Below are positions 22,937 to 37,900 of a stretch of 64,000 bases of DNA, piece by piece (positions within the stretch are counted from its first letter, which is position 1; every line of letters begins with the position of its first letter). Below the pieces are notes generated by a model, which made no database searches, was not told the DNA's origin, and saw nothing but the letters and a program-made list of their open reading frames with translations. Position numbers and translations under genes: made by a program. Source of the stretch: Phoronis australis (taxonomy: Eukaryota > Animalia > Phoronida); contig NMRA01000311.1 of assembly GCA_002633005.1 (NCBI GenBank), forward strand, positions 11,839-75,838. Direction: 5' to 3'.

Positions 22937-25900
22937 CTGAAATGTCAAAATCTCAATTATGCAGGAATTTTTCAGAAAGTTTTAAACTCAGTTTTAGGTG
23001 GCACTCAATCGTTGTTTGTGACGGTTGACTTCATAAAAAATGCCGGACATTTTGGGGTGGTTTGTATAGCGTGTGAGGGCTACGAATAGCATGCGCTCGA
23101 TTTTTTTTATTCTGTTCTTTTTGAAAGAGTACTGGTTAAAGAAGTTGTTAAACCCCTGACTTTTTCACTCTGTTGTGGCTTTTCTTAGACCTTGATTTAC
23201 TACAAGCAAGCAGGCAGATGGACTTCAGCAGGAAATCCAGGTATACTTCAGACATTTCGGATTTGTAAAACAATGATTATCCGGAAGCTAAATTCGCCCG
23301 AATTTTGTGATTAGAATACTTAGTCTCTTAGTTCAGAGTAAACATACGTGGCTTTGGGGTGAAAACTGTAGATTTCATGTAGACTCAAAATTGTTCTCGT
23401 TTTTAAAGCGGTCATAAACTCTCCCAACCTCACAAAATTGATTTAGAGCACTTATCCTTATGAAAGTGATCTCAAATTATTGTCAACATAAGTGTGATTT
23501 GTAGGCTTAGAACGCACTGGCAGTTCGTTATTTTGTTAGACCAAGCTCTACATGTTGACTTGTCAGGATGTGAATTCCAGAAACGGCGAACATTGCGATC
23601 TTTGCAAAACCCAAAATCAATTATCAGTTGAGACCAATTTTAAACGGTAAGTGGTCTAAAATTCAATTTCTTCGACGACAAGCGGATTTTCTGCCTCATA
23701 ATTGAGACACCAACAGTGGGCCCATGGTCCAATATTCGCTTTTTACTGTACATCTCTTTTCACGGGGAGGAAATCTCCGATAACGTCGTGCACGACTAGA
23801 GAAAGGTCTATCAAATACAAAATAGAAATATCGTGATTTCGATTTTAGCCAGTTCTCGCACGTCGAATTACCGTTTGGTTCCGTCAGGGCCGTGGTTACT
23901 GGCAATTGTACTCCTTGCCACATTTTCATGGGTCGCGGATAATCACGTTCAATGCTCTTCGTGGCTTCGTCGTATTTCCAATACATATCTTTGCTAATGA
24001 AGTATGTCTTTTTGTTATGGCTCCAGATGAATGCGGCGTCCACTTTCTCGATGTCAGATGGAAGCCCCAATGCAGTGAGGGGTTTCCCAGACGCCGGGAA
24101 GCGCGACGTCAAATGATTGTTGCTGAATTCGTAGTAGTTTTTGCCTGTAAAACAAAAAAATACAGTAGCACCAGGATCACTTTATTCAAACAGCTATAAG
24201 CAACACACGCACACAATGGTCTTCTGAACAATATAATCCGGTACCCCGCGCACGTGGTGACGCAATATGGCGCGAAAAGGCTAAGGTCACGTATAATTTG
24301 ACCTCTACTTTTGAAGTCTTGTGTGTTTAAATTGCATTTTCTATTTATGCTGAAGCATTGGTGTTACTGAGTTGATAATACAATACATCCATAATAGAAG
24401 AAAAATGCGGAAGACTTTAAAATCGTCTCAAACATGTTTTGTCGTCGTTTAAAGTTGCAGATTTTTACGAAAAGGGATGCTCGCGGTCTCGTTTTAAAAC
24501 AAACAACAAAAAGCAAAACAAGAACCATGTCCTCACTCACCAATGAAGAATAATATTCTGTTATCTATTGGTCGTTCGTAGACCGCATCGATGTGTATAT
24601 TATCTTTTAGTTCGTGGGGGAAGCCATACCAAAACTGAGAGATCTTGAGCGGGAATCCTCGCAATATGCCTTTCTTATTCGCTCTCCAGAAATACTGCAA
24701 GTGGAAGAGGAGTCTGGTTTTAAATAAGAATTTCTGAGATATAAGTACAAGAATCTCGCCAACATTGTAGCCAATTGATTCCACATGTTCGATTGCCATT
24801 TTAGTTTAATCCGATCACAGATCTCTAGGACCCAATCTTGTTTTCAAAACGGAAAGTAATGGCATTTAATTAATGAATAGACTTCCCACAGTTTTGATGA
24901 CCAGTCATTAGGCGCAAAGATAAACGAATTGCAGAACCCTGATTCCACGGAGTTTGTAGTAATTTGAAAACTTGGCACCATCATACTACTCGATGTTTTC
25001 GTGGGCAAATTGCCTTTCCGGTGTAGCCTACATATCCCATTTTCTCGATTGTGGACTTATTCTTTCTAGAAGTCCCTACGACATATGCACTCCAGCGTCA
25101 TATTTTTTTATTATCTTGTATTAAGTTTTGGAATCTCGGAGGGAAGCCTATTGTTCGTGTTTAAGCAGTGTGGTGAGCGGTCTTTGTGGGAATAAGAGTT
25201 TGAAATGAGTGAAGCTGGGGCCTGTTCCGTAAAGCAAGATTCTCGAGAATGAAACTAATGGGAGCACATACGTGATAACACGCTGATATAAGCCGTGGAT
25301 AAAGATGAACGAGATTAGTTATCAAGTGACAACTGAGTAACGAAAAAAAAACAGCTTTACTAATGCATCCTGGCGTTGCCGCGATAACCTCGCGAAAACG
25401 CCAGATCACGACGCAAGACTGCACAAGATGTCACGAGATGTCACCATCATGTATTAGAAGCATGTGATCACACCTGTGTTTAAGGAACTCAATTTGGGTA
25501 GCGTTCCGTAGACAAAGTCTACGACAAAGTCGCGAGTGTTTCTCGAGTATGATGGGGAGCCCATTGGCCGGTTGCATGAAACAGTCGCAAATAGGAACCC
25601 AACTTAATTCCCTAAATCTAATGCATATTTGTGGGCTTGTGGAAATTGGAATGATGAAGTTTGGTGTTGAATTCCTTGTTTCAGTGCCGTAAATTAATGT
25701 CCCAAAACCAGTCCTATCTACTGCGTGCCTCCCCCAGCCGGCGGCCACACGCAGAAGAATGTAATCGCATAGACAAATAACAACAGTCCTTACGTTTCCT
25801 TTGAACATATAGTATTCTCCTCTTATATACGAGATCGCGTCGAAGTTTCCGTTGCAGTCGCCAATATTCCACTTGGGTTCTGTAGTTGTGGGTGCCATTG

Positions 25901-28900
25901 CAGTAGTCGTGGTTACCGGATTTGTGGGCCTTGGGCGTGGTGTGGTGGGTATCCGATAGGTGGGGTTGGCTGTTGGCGGCCTTATGCTTGATCGTGGAAC
26001 GTATGGTCGCTTTACCCCTGAGTTACAGGCAAACGTAGCATAGAATTAAAAAAATGCAAGAACACGTCTATCGCCATTTAGTCCAGAGTTTCAACGCAAG
26101 AAAGCAAGTATATGCATACAGTGTGTAGAAAGGTGAACACCATTTACTAGGTCCGTAAACACTAGCGCGTTGTACACCTACTTGCCGTCTGACAGCTACG
26201 TTTGCATACCGTGAATAATACGTTTACAAGGAAGTCGCGCATTTCTAAAGATATGCGGGAATTTTCACCGCTCGTCCTTCTGAGCGTCTTGTACCAGGAT
26301 CAAAGAGAGCGCGGCGCCGGAATCAGGTACAATTGTGATGACCGCATTGTCCGATGCGAGCAAGACCCAATTAAATGTAATTGTCCGGCCATAAACTGTA
26401 TTAAACATCTCTAACTGTACATAATGGCGAATTTGAAAAATGCATTAACCACTAATTTTCGTTATAAACGAACACCACGGCGGTATTCAGCTGAAAAAAA
26501 AACACAACCAAGTACTGTTATCGATCTTTAAAGATCGATGAACTAATAATCTAAAAACTACAACCATTGGGTACGATTAAAGATAAACTACCGCGCGTAT
26601 TGATATACTCGGTGGATATACAAACGCTGATCAGAGTTAACAATATCACATGGATTCATTTTTTAATATTTGTTCAATCTCGTTTAACCAGATTTTTACC
26701 AGGAAACAGTTGTTGTGCACACTTTTCATTTTCTATTACTGACAAAGAGCTAGAATAGTTTTTAGTCAGTGCCACCGAAATTGTCCAGAGATTCCAAACC
26801 TTCAGTTTGGTTATCACCATATTTGCACTTTTGTATATATTTTATGATTTGAGTTCTAATAAAGATTAAACTTTAATGACACGTGAAATGTTTAGTGTAC
26901 CTGTAATGTAGTAAGTTTAGGGATCGGCTCACAATGAACTTAACTAATTAAGTTTAGCTGGCGATCAAAATCTACCACTGTTTTGGTACTTCAAGTTCAA
27001 AACTTAGATAAAAACTTACCAACCCGTTTTCGGTAAGAAAAAAAACAAGTAGGCAGAAGCATTAAAAATTAAATAAAGAAAACCAATGTGAAACTTATCG
27101 TTCCTTTGGGATGTGGCCCTTTGTGAAGATAAACACAAATTAACCTTTTTAGTCATTTCGTAATATTCATAATGTACCAAGTTAAAATTACTCTCCAGAG
27201 TTGCAGGCTATAACTCTGCAAATGTCAGAGAAAACCAAATTGGGGATACTAACATCAACCATTGTTGAGACACTAATGCTAGCAATTACCTTTCCACTTC
27301 ATTAGCTCAGAACTACATCAATACAAAGGGCGTGCTGAATAGGCATCGTAAAAGTTGTCTGGGGCTTAAGGAATCAGAGCGGTCACCAGTGTAAGCGAGA
27401 AATTCTCCACATGGACTTCATTTTCTACGCTTTTAAATCATTCAAAATGGCTTCTAGTAGACACAGAAGCTCGGTATTTAAAAAATAACTCACCGTACAA
27501 AGCCTGTATACCAGAGACATCGTCGCGGTTTAGCTGAAAGTTTGGCGTATATCCCTGGTATATGGGGTACATCAAAGCCTTCAACGTGTAAGAGTGGGCG
27601 AGGCCGAGTGCGTGGCCAAACTCATGCGCAGCAACGGTGTACAGATCGATTCCTGCAAGAACAATGCGGATTAACGACATAGAGTCTTTTTAATTTGGTT
27701 TGGTTTGGTTATGTTTTTATACTTTTATTAAAGCCTATTCACTTAATTTGATCAGAAATTCGCATTAGAAGAAGGTGACTATTTTCTTTATTGTTTTTTT
27801 TCAGTTCGTACCCTTGTCAGTCTCGTACAATGTCCACGGTTCTTCATCATCGAAATGAGTGTCGCCTCCCCTGTCATCCCCAGGATAGAACGCATGCGCA
27901 AGAACGCGTCCTGAAAATACAAACATGGCGTGCAACGAATGACGCGACTGTTCACAACTCATACATTTACCTCTAAACCAATACCTCACTACCACTCTCA
28001 ATTGTACGGTTTTTACCCACAATGCAACACAAGTGTCAAATCACCTGTCCTGCTTCTTCACGTGCACGTGCACGTGCACGTGCACGTGCACTAGTCACTA
28101 TCTCATATCCTAATTATTACGTAATTTACCATTGTGCTGCTGCCACCAAGAAATTGGTAAAAAACGCAAATATTGTAGTTCTTGTCTTGTTAATCAACTC
28201 GCATTTTGAAAAGCAGGTCATTCACGCACTGCATTCTTCCACCTCCTCCAAAGACGTAAAGAAAGCTTGGCTCGAACAAGTTAGACAGTGAAAATGGTGA
28301 GCAATTATGTCATTGGTGAAAAACACAGTTGATGATTTAATGTGAATATACGTACAGTTATTGCAATTCGAGCAAGGTGTAACTTATGGTTTTCGGAGAT
28401 TTTCGAAGAACGGGTACGTTTTCTGGTTAGTATTCACTCAACATCATACATTGGCCATTTGTAGAAATTCGAGAGAACATTGAAAACTCTTAGACTAAAA
28501 CTGTGTAAAATAGTAGAACCTTAATTCTCCATCGAAAAGTAGTCATTTTTGTAATAAAATTAATGTATTATATCAAAGCATCTGTAACAAAAATATTATC
28601 ACTGGCCACTGATGCACAATGCCATTCATTAGAAACACTTACCCGAACCATCAAACGGATACCCGTCGCCATGGTAACCACGTGCAAACCGTATGTTAAT
28701 GTCCGCATTCGACGTTCTGGACACTTCTCTGAACGTGAGGTATGTCACATCAGACCAGAGTTGGAACGCCTTCGTGATGGCCAGTCGACTTTGACCGTAG
28801 TCCAAACGAGGAGAATAATTTTCCAGTCTGCAACACAAAGTCTTTAATCATAAGAGTTAAATGGCATTTAAAACACTAGCTTTCAGTTCAGTCTCTATAC

Positions 28901-31900
28901 ATCTAAACACATCTAAACACATCTAAACACATCTAAACACATCTAAACACATCTAAACACATCTAGAATGTCAAGATAATGTGTATCTATAGATCAGTAG
29001 AGTGTTTTCTTCAAAACATCAGTTGTGTCCGCGATAATTTTCGAGTCGTAACGTGCAAGAAATGGAACGCGCAAGCGAGATTCTTGACGAGTTCCTAACA
29101 GAGAAAAAACGACTCAGAGCTACCTTGTCCCATGCTTCATCAGAAAAATGAAGTCGAGTAACTTTGGTAAAGTTGGCTTTCCCAACTAAGGCATAGATTG
29201 GTCCCTCAACACAATAAATGTCTTTTAGCGTTTAAATCCTTGTTGACGTTCGCCTAGTAACGACAACACATCTATTAACTCACTTTCCACGCACACGGCG
29301 CTGATGTTGGTTCGTGGTTATCGATTTATGCACATAATAATAATAAAATAACAAATAAGCGGTGTTTCATGTGTTCATTGTAACTCTTTTCCGAACCGTG
29401 TTTTACGAGCGTGAAAAACGAGCGTACATTTACGAATGTAAGATTTAACGATCCGTTGTGGTTATGTAGGACCCTAAATTGGACTACATTCGGATCGTCA
29501 CATCTCAGTAAATGTAAGATTGGATTCAAATGAATTGATTTTAAGATGTTCCACTTTGGCATGAGCGGCTAATCAAAAATAGGATTTTTACGCATTTTAC
29601 GAAAAAAAAATCAAAAGTTGCATAAAACGAAAACGAGGTGACAATTGAGAAAGCTGTGACAGCGTTTTTGAGATTTTATCTTGGGCATTTATATCAAACG
29701 AAATTAAATCATGTCATTGATCTCGTTCCTCAGCAACGAATATATTTTTATTTGCTTCTAAATTTTACTAAAAATGCATGGTCACTAGATGCAAGTGATG
29801 GTAGTTTGGCGTAAAAAGAAAACTTGAAGTTTACAATTTCGACTTTCGGAAAAGTATATACTTTCACAGAGTTTAATTCTGTAATGTTGTAGATATTTGG
29901 CTATTTTGACTTGTTGATAAGGTCCTACATAACCATAACGCTCGAAATGTTTATCTCGTCGTTTTAAGAGCGTGATAGAAGAGCGAGAAAAGTTTTTTGG
30001 ACCCGTAATTCAACAAACGTAATTTACGGGCTGTTTTCGCCCATCCTGTCAACGACAAGGGAGACTCGAAAATCTAAAAACAGCAATAGATGGCGTCGCA
30101 AGCAACTTCGACATTGTTTCGCCCGAGAGTTCATATAAATGGCGCCACTGGAAATCCCAGGGAAGGTGTCATGAACTGATGCAGACTATGTGAAGCGTAT
30201 CGATCTCAATATGCACTGAAAAAATATAATGGTGAAAATATTACTTTGTTTCTAGATTAGAGCTGCCATAAAATCCCACCCGTCAACGTATTGAGCTAGG
30301 ACTGCGTTCCGTCGACATATCTGTCGATCCGTAAAATATAATAAAGGTATATTTTAGTTTCATTGTTTTCTAGATTACATGTAAAGGTGCCATAGAAACC
30401 CACCCGTGACAAGACAACGTACTGAGCTTGGGTTGCCTTCTGTCGACCTATCTAACCAAGTTTCTTGCAAGAAAAGCGAGATCACACAGGTATTCGCGAA
30501 ATATCACGTCATCACAACCGAAGCACCTGATTACACTAGCTTTTCTCGCGATGTCTTTGTTTTATGGACCACACAATAGCGAACACTCTGTGTCTCAGGG
30601 TCCAGAAATCACCTCCAATTCTAAACTGCAAGTGGTGTAAATCACTAAGTTATTTTTGACAGAAGGTAGGTTGTTGCTTCACTTAACCTCGATGTCATAC
30701 TACTACATTATTGTTCTCATGTTTTCTCGAGGGACTACATAATGTTCCCATGTTTACTCATTGAATCTAATGTAAAATAACCGGTAGAACCTCAACAACA
30801 AGGTACAACAACTCGTGACAAAGACATGTTCAAAATTTAAAAGATACAACATGGTATTTTGCCTTTATTTGATAAAAAATAGTGGCTCACTAAGACACAA
30901 TGATGTAGTCGAAGCGCGTTTTATGCATACTAATGTGGATGGTGACATATTTTGTATCAAGAAGGGGCACATGTGAAACAGGCCAGACACTTTTTATTCC
31001 TTTAAAGTAGCCATACAAACGCCTTCCGTGACAAAGCCAAATTGTAATTTAGACCATTTACCGTTGTGAAATTTAATCTCAAGTTGTTCCTCAGTCAAAA
31101 TATGTGATTTCCGGACTTGTAAACATTTATCAGCTCGTTATTGCAAGATATAAAGCTTTACATGGTGACTTGTCACGGCGTGTCATTTTATAATTTTTTT
31201 ATTTCATTTACAAAGAATGGCATTACTGCCCGGAAATCGAATTAACATTATATCTGAGGAACATGTCATTTTATTCTCGAGAAATAGCGAACTGTCAGTT
31301 TTTTGCGAGACCAAAAATCACTTCATATCTGAGTAAGGAAAAAGTTGAGACTAATTTGAAAGAGGTGTGGTGGTATGAATCAAAAGACTTCTTCTCCGAA
31401 AGAAACGTAGGTTTATTGCAGTTTTAGCCTCGTTCTTTTGTTCAAAACAAACAGTAACGGGCTCTCTTGCCACACACCAGTAGGAAATACAACTCGATCG
31501 CCCTAAAACAATGGAAGCATTGTGACCACCAGAGGATAACGTAAACTAACTCCGGCTTTTGTTTATCTATAACAATTAAAGCCATTGCCTACGGCGATGG
31601 AGAGTGACTGGACCTTGTGTAGTAAGGAACAGCTGTTGAGATCATGTTGCCCCTTTGTCTACGAAAATTGACCATAGTGGTTGGCAGGTGAGTCACGTGA
31701 CACAAGAATAACAAACTTATTGAAAATGTCTTGGGGAGTATAGGCGATAATTTTTCACATGTAGTAGTGGCCGGGGTATATCTTCAAGCAAAGAAAACAT
31801 CAGTAGTTCATCACGAAGAACACGTCACAGTTTTTTCGGGGGCACGTAAGGCAAGACTAGTTCGACTTTAGGATTTGGTGATCACGTGGAATTCAAATCC

Positions 31901-34900
31901 TGCAGTAGATACATAAGGCCAAAAAGGCCGTCAGTTGGTTCTGATCTGTGGCATTTTAAAAATCGAGTCGGTGGTGGGTAATTTTTTTAGATGCTCTCCT
32001 TTTCCAAAAAAGAAAATCCAACCGAAAGAGAGAAGGAATTAGTTTTTTATGTTCCCTTGGCAAATTATGACGTTTCGAACACTGATTACCTTTGCTTACA
32101 TGCCTTTGTGTAGCTTTTCAAAAAACATGAGACATCGATGCGAGCGGGTGATTTTTAGTTGGTGCAGGTAGAGCTCAAAACGAGTCAATGTAAAGACCAG
32201 AACCAACTATGCCTTTTTGGCCTATTCTAGAATTTTAGGCCCTACTTCTACCGCAGCGACATGCAGCGACGTACTTATGTACTTAAGTGTCATTATCACG
32301 CAAACCTAGAGACCTCACAGCTTTGCTCTTGAAAACTGCACATCGTTGGCCAACTAGGCGTATGCTAATGCCAATTTAACTACGTCGTTAGTGCTTAGTT
32401 AACGCTGTTGAGAATTAATACGCGAAGGTAATTAAATTAATTCATTTAAAGTGACATTATCGCCGAAAATTTTTTTTTTCTGATATCAGTCAGTCCCAGC
32501 ACGAGCTCGCCATGCTGGTGAACCTACAGACCACACGATAAATGGTGGAGTATTAACTGGTAAAGTAACCGGCCTAGACTTCAGCGGATGTCTGGTGGAG
32601 TATAACTGGTAAAGTAACCGGCCTAGACTTCAGCGGATGTCTGGTGGAGTATTAACTGGTAAAGTAACCCCCCCTTGCGGCGGATGTCTGGCAGACAATG
32701 GTGAGAATTGGCGATTTGTGATAAAAACATAAAAAACCAACGGATCTCAAAGTTTTATAGCTGTTATCAAAGTTGATAACTTCAAAACGTCTACCACATC
32801 CATCAAAAATCCCAAAATTGTGTTTTTCGGCCGTAAAAATGAATTAATATCCCTTTAAGGAGTTAGCCTGAGAAGTTGAGCAAACACTGTGAACATTAGT
32901 GCAAACCAACTGAGATGATCATTCATTTCTTTGAATAATTTGAATAAGAGAGAATTTTGCTCGCTCCTAATGCTTCATTTCATTCAAATATAGTGAACCA
33001 ACAACGAATCTCAATTCTTCTCATCTGAGTAAACAACAAGTTGTGACCAGTTTGCGGTGAAAGTTCGCTTTAATGGAACGTAGGTTTGTGGCCTCTTTAA
33101 CAGACAATTTACATTCGACTTTTCCCAAGTCTTCGATTTTCCTTATTATTATACTGAGACGTTTGCTTCGTTTTACTACCGCCTCAAATTTGGGAAAGTG
33201 TGAGTTTTGCAAAGAAAAAAAATCGAGTATTATAGGTGTATTACAGGGACAAGTGCATCCATTGATTGGTGTCCAGTGAATACTAATTGTGAAATATAAA
33301 ACATCCGTCTTGACTGACTGACTGCTGTCATGCACAATAACATCGCGTCAGGTCAATATAATGTGTAATAACGAACTAAATGCATTCAAATGCAATCGTG
33401 AATCATACATAGATTGTTCACAAATTGTCCCTACCAACGATATATATCGCTATCAGGAAGCTTGGTCGTGTTTCGATTGCTTATTTTATGAAGCGACAAA
33501 GGATCTCTAAACTAGTCTCTTCCTGGGTGTTGAAATGTGCATTTTCAACGCGCCCTGTTGTTTAATTAATGCCTCGTATTGCGCACTGTATTGCGCACTG
33601 TATTGCGCACTGTATTGCGCATTGTATTGCGCACTGTATTGCTTCAACCAACGCACTGTGTTAGTTATTCAACTAGTTGTATTGCTTCTCATACAAATAC
33701 ATTTCTGCGCTTATTCGCCGCGCAGAATTACTTATTCAGTGCGCAGAATTGCTTATTCAATCAGTCCCTGCAGTCCAATCACGTCCGTTCTCTTATCTCA
33801 AAAAGACTTCCAGCATGCGTGCTACGTCAATTTCGAAGATTGTTACAGATTTCTATAAAGTGAGCATGTAAATGATGGCGCCATTAACTTTATGAGGAAC
33901 AGATATGTTTCAAACAAATATGTTTATAAAAATTCAATTAATTTTAATGTTTCGTCTGCGCTGCCTCTTCTGGGCTATACGCAGTGATTAAACTTGTCTT
34001 TGACTGGACATAACGAGAAACTAATTCAGCGCGTTCAATAAGCGCAAAAAGATATTCCAATGCAGCACGTTGAATAATTAATTCGGTGCGTTGATTAAGA
34101 AACAGTGCTCGTTGAATACGCTCATTTTAGTTAACGAGCAGAAATGCACTCGTTTAAGAACCATTTGGCGCTTCATATAATTTCACTCGCCACGTGCTGT
34201 GAAGGAATCACCGGTCCACGCGTTAGGTAAATAGTTCTCTTGTAGCAAACGGTGAACACTGAGTAATAGCAGACAAGTGAGTCACACGCGTGTTGAAAAG
34301 GTGTGCAGCGATCAAGAGATCACGGACACCACATGAGTCATGTTTACCGGCGCGAATAATGTGTTGAAGAAGAGCAGGATTAAACCAATCAAGGCAAAAA
34401 CAACTAAAGCAGAAGTTCAAAAGAGAAACCTTAAGTCAGAAACCTCCAGGCCTTGTATTGATCGGTCGTGCATTTCAAGTTACATTAAGTACGGCGAGAC
34501 AGCTTGTTTGGAGGACGTCAAATAGCATTACGTAGTTGATAATCGTCCATGATTCGATCACTTATAAGAAAATGCGGTGATATTGTGCTTGAGAGGCCAG
34601 TCCGTGTTGGCACATGTTTAACCCAATTTCAAGCCTGGTGCATGCCGTCATCAAAATGCGTCACAGTTAGTCATTCAATGGCTACGCCCGTGACAAATAC
34701 GCATGGTACTATACACATGGTTTCAAATGAATTTCCTAGTAACATATTATAACCACTTTTGAGATAGCAAAAGCTGAACCACCCACCACTCTAATTGAAA
34801 TGCGTCCGTTGTCTTGAAGACGTAATTCCTCGTGAACCATGACGTGTATACCACGTGACTTTCCCCATTCAAGCAGGTTGTGATGAAGACATCTGCACCA

Positions 34901-37900
34901 CTAACCCACTGGACAGGTAAAGTTCACTTGGTTTGCATAAACAACAGAAAATCACATGAAGACTTCACAGCGAAGGAGAGACCGGCAAAAGGATAGCCAC
35001 CAACAGGTTAAATCCAAATCAGATGCCTCAAAAACAATGCCGGCCTGAGCCCGCACATAAAACTTGCCCCTGTACAAACTGTCCGGGTCTGAGAGCACAC
35101 TCGAACTACTTAACCTCCTCTCACCTGCTGGCTAAAACACAAATCTAACCGTGATTCTAAAAAGGAACAACTTGATGCCAGTTCTTCTTCGAATAATAAT
35201 ACGAAACTTGATTTTACAAACATCCAAAGCACATCCCTGAAACAAAATGGCCGCTTCATTAGCGTCATTGGTGAACAGCAGTGAGAGTTGCAGTTATGTG
35301 AGCGGCAAGTTGGAGCTGACTGAAATTTATTGGTTAGCACCTATCTCTTACACCGAGTGACTCAGTATGGAGCTCTTCTTTCGTGGTTGATAAACCGCGC
35401 ACACTATGTGGAAGCGATAAAATGATGTGAAAATATCGTCTGCTCTTTGCAGTGTTCCAAGATTAAAAAGGTCAACACGACATGATTTCGTTCTAGAAAC
35501 ACATGAGACTTCGCTGGTCAGGAAACCAGCAGCCGTTATTGTAGATTAAAATATCACAAATAACCAATACCATGAAAACGACTAGCAGTTTCACGACGAC
35601 GTCAAAAAAACTTTCAGTGAGCCGTCGATGGCCCGGAGTGAACACTAAATATAGTGACGATTACCCTTAATTAGGTTTGATATTTTGCCAGACATAATTG
35701 CAGTATCAGCTGACACCAAATGTCAGCTCGTATTCAAGGTTCTTGTTATAGTGTTATAACACACCGCCTGAGCTCATGACAAGGATTGTCAGTTTTCTGG
35801 AGAGTTTCACAACTGCATTAACTCAAACAACAAAAATATACACCATCGGATGAATTCATTTCGATCATTTTCTCACCAACACACCCCCAAGCCCTTCTTT
35901 ATGCGCGGGACACGTAACTAATCCACATCACACCAAACACAAACAAAACGATACCATTGTTAAATTTGACTCGTTCACACGTTTTAACTTTTTATCTGAC
36001 AACTTACTCACCTCCAAGTTAGGTGTCGTTTCTTCCACTTGCTGGGTCCCAGGACATATCTGCGGATGCGCCTACCTGCCCCGGCGGGCGTGTTACTCAT
36101 TATATCGGGTAGCCCGCATCTTGGCTTTGCCATCATTCTCTTGGTTTCTTCGTCGAACTCACCAGTCTGTGGTAAATGGGCGAACCGTTGGAATGCCTTG
36201 ACAGACTCTCGGAGCTCTTCTTGAGAGCGCAGTGCCCCAGTTTCCATGTCCGACTGTGGCAGGTAGGCATACCTAAGCAGGTAATTCTGGAAAACAGAGA
36301 ATAATTCGTTATGAGTGTTGAAAAAGTCGGATGCATTTACGGCAAAATTCTTCCGTTTGGGGAACTGTATGGCTGATGTGTATAATTTCCTTTTATTAAA
36401 GCGCATTCAAGCTTCGCCCTTTTCAACTGGATAAAAGTGAAAATCAAATTGGGCCTTTACTCTCATAAAATCGACTCGACAAAAAGCTTCAAAATTTATT
36501 GGGGTCTGCCAATTCGAACATGGTTCAAGTAGGCCTACGCATTGCCCATGACTTGATAAAAATCATTTGTCGTGCTTACGCGACAAGCGCTGTTGGGTCA
36601 CGCAGAATTACAATGTAAAATCGTATGTAGTTATCTCCGAATGCGTGAACATTACATAGAAAATGCTGCACGTCACAAGAGCGACCTATTTTCAGAGGAG
36701 CTACAGTCGTTCTGGATCTAACGCATAACGGTCTTCCGCGCAAGCAGCTGAACGCCCTTCCGTCCTTCGCACTCGTGAAATCCAGCATAACTAACTCAAA
36801 TTTTATAGAACAACGTGAAGAACAATTCGTGCAAATAATTCTGCGTGTGTACAAAATCAAAAAGGTGTTAATAATTCCCCAAAGACGTAGTTTTATAATC
36901 AGCTGGCGAGTAGCTGGTGGCAACAAGAACTGCTTTTACGTGAATACTGGCTGGGAAGTACCGCGAGAGATACGTCCCTTGAGAAACGTGTGAAAATATA
37001 CACTTTTCTATAGATGGTGTTCAAAAACGAATGAAAAAGGAAATTGAAACCTGTAGTTGTTAACTGTCCCATTTCCTCGAGTTGCAAACATGTACGCCTA
37101 GCTGAATACGACGAAAGAATACAAGCCTAGGTGAAAACAACGAAAGAATGTACGCATAACCAATGCGCATTCAAAATCTTCTTGGCTAATAATTAATAGA
37201 TCACAACAATGACGTTGGTTTAAATTTGACGTATTTGGAGAATTCTGAGAAAGAAGTTAAATAATTTCAGGAGTAGTAATAAAAATGAAAACGAAAATAA
37301 TGCCTTGTGTGCAATGCTTTGGCGCTTTACTGAAATACCGGAAGCATGAGCAGAGGAAAGGATGGAAACGTTCGCCAGACAGTAATTGCGTAATAGCAGT
37401 TTGAATTGATAGGTAGGCTTTAACAGCATAAGGCATTTTTGTAACTTGTTGAGACAAGAAAATTAAGCCACACTTGGTGAATTTAATTTATTTCCACTTA
37501 TTTCAATGATCACCCACGTTGATGAAACACAACTGATTAAAGTCGAGAAGGTTCTAATTAAAAGACATGGAAAAGGTGACTATTGAGGCACGTTCATTTA
37601 AAATTCGAGATTAAAGCGACCGAAAACAATTAAATTCAGCACAAAACTGAGCAGCGCCACGGAGCGAAGAATGCATGAACTGAAATCTTAAGATTATACC
37701 AAAGCCTGTATTATGCCCTCAACAGACAATACCTACATAAACGCCCTGCGTCTACGGTCTAACCTTTGTACTCGAAATCGAACTCAAAATTATTATTGAC
37801 ATTTTCAGTTCTATTTTAGTACGAACACAAGATTTGTGTAAATTATTCTGAGCTTGAGTGTATTATGTTTAACGGGTCTCTGACTGGTCTAATTCAACTT

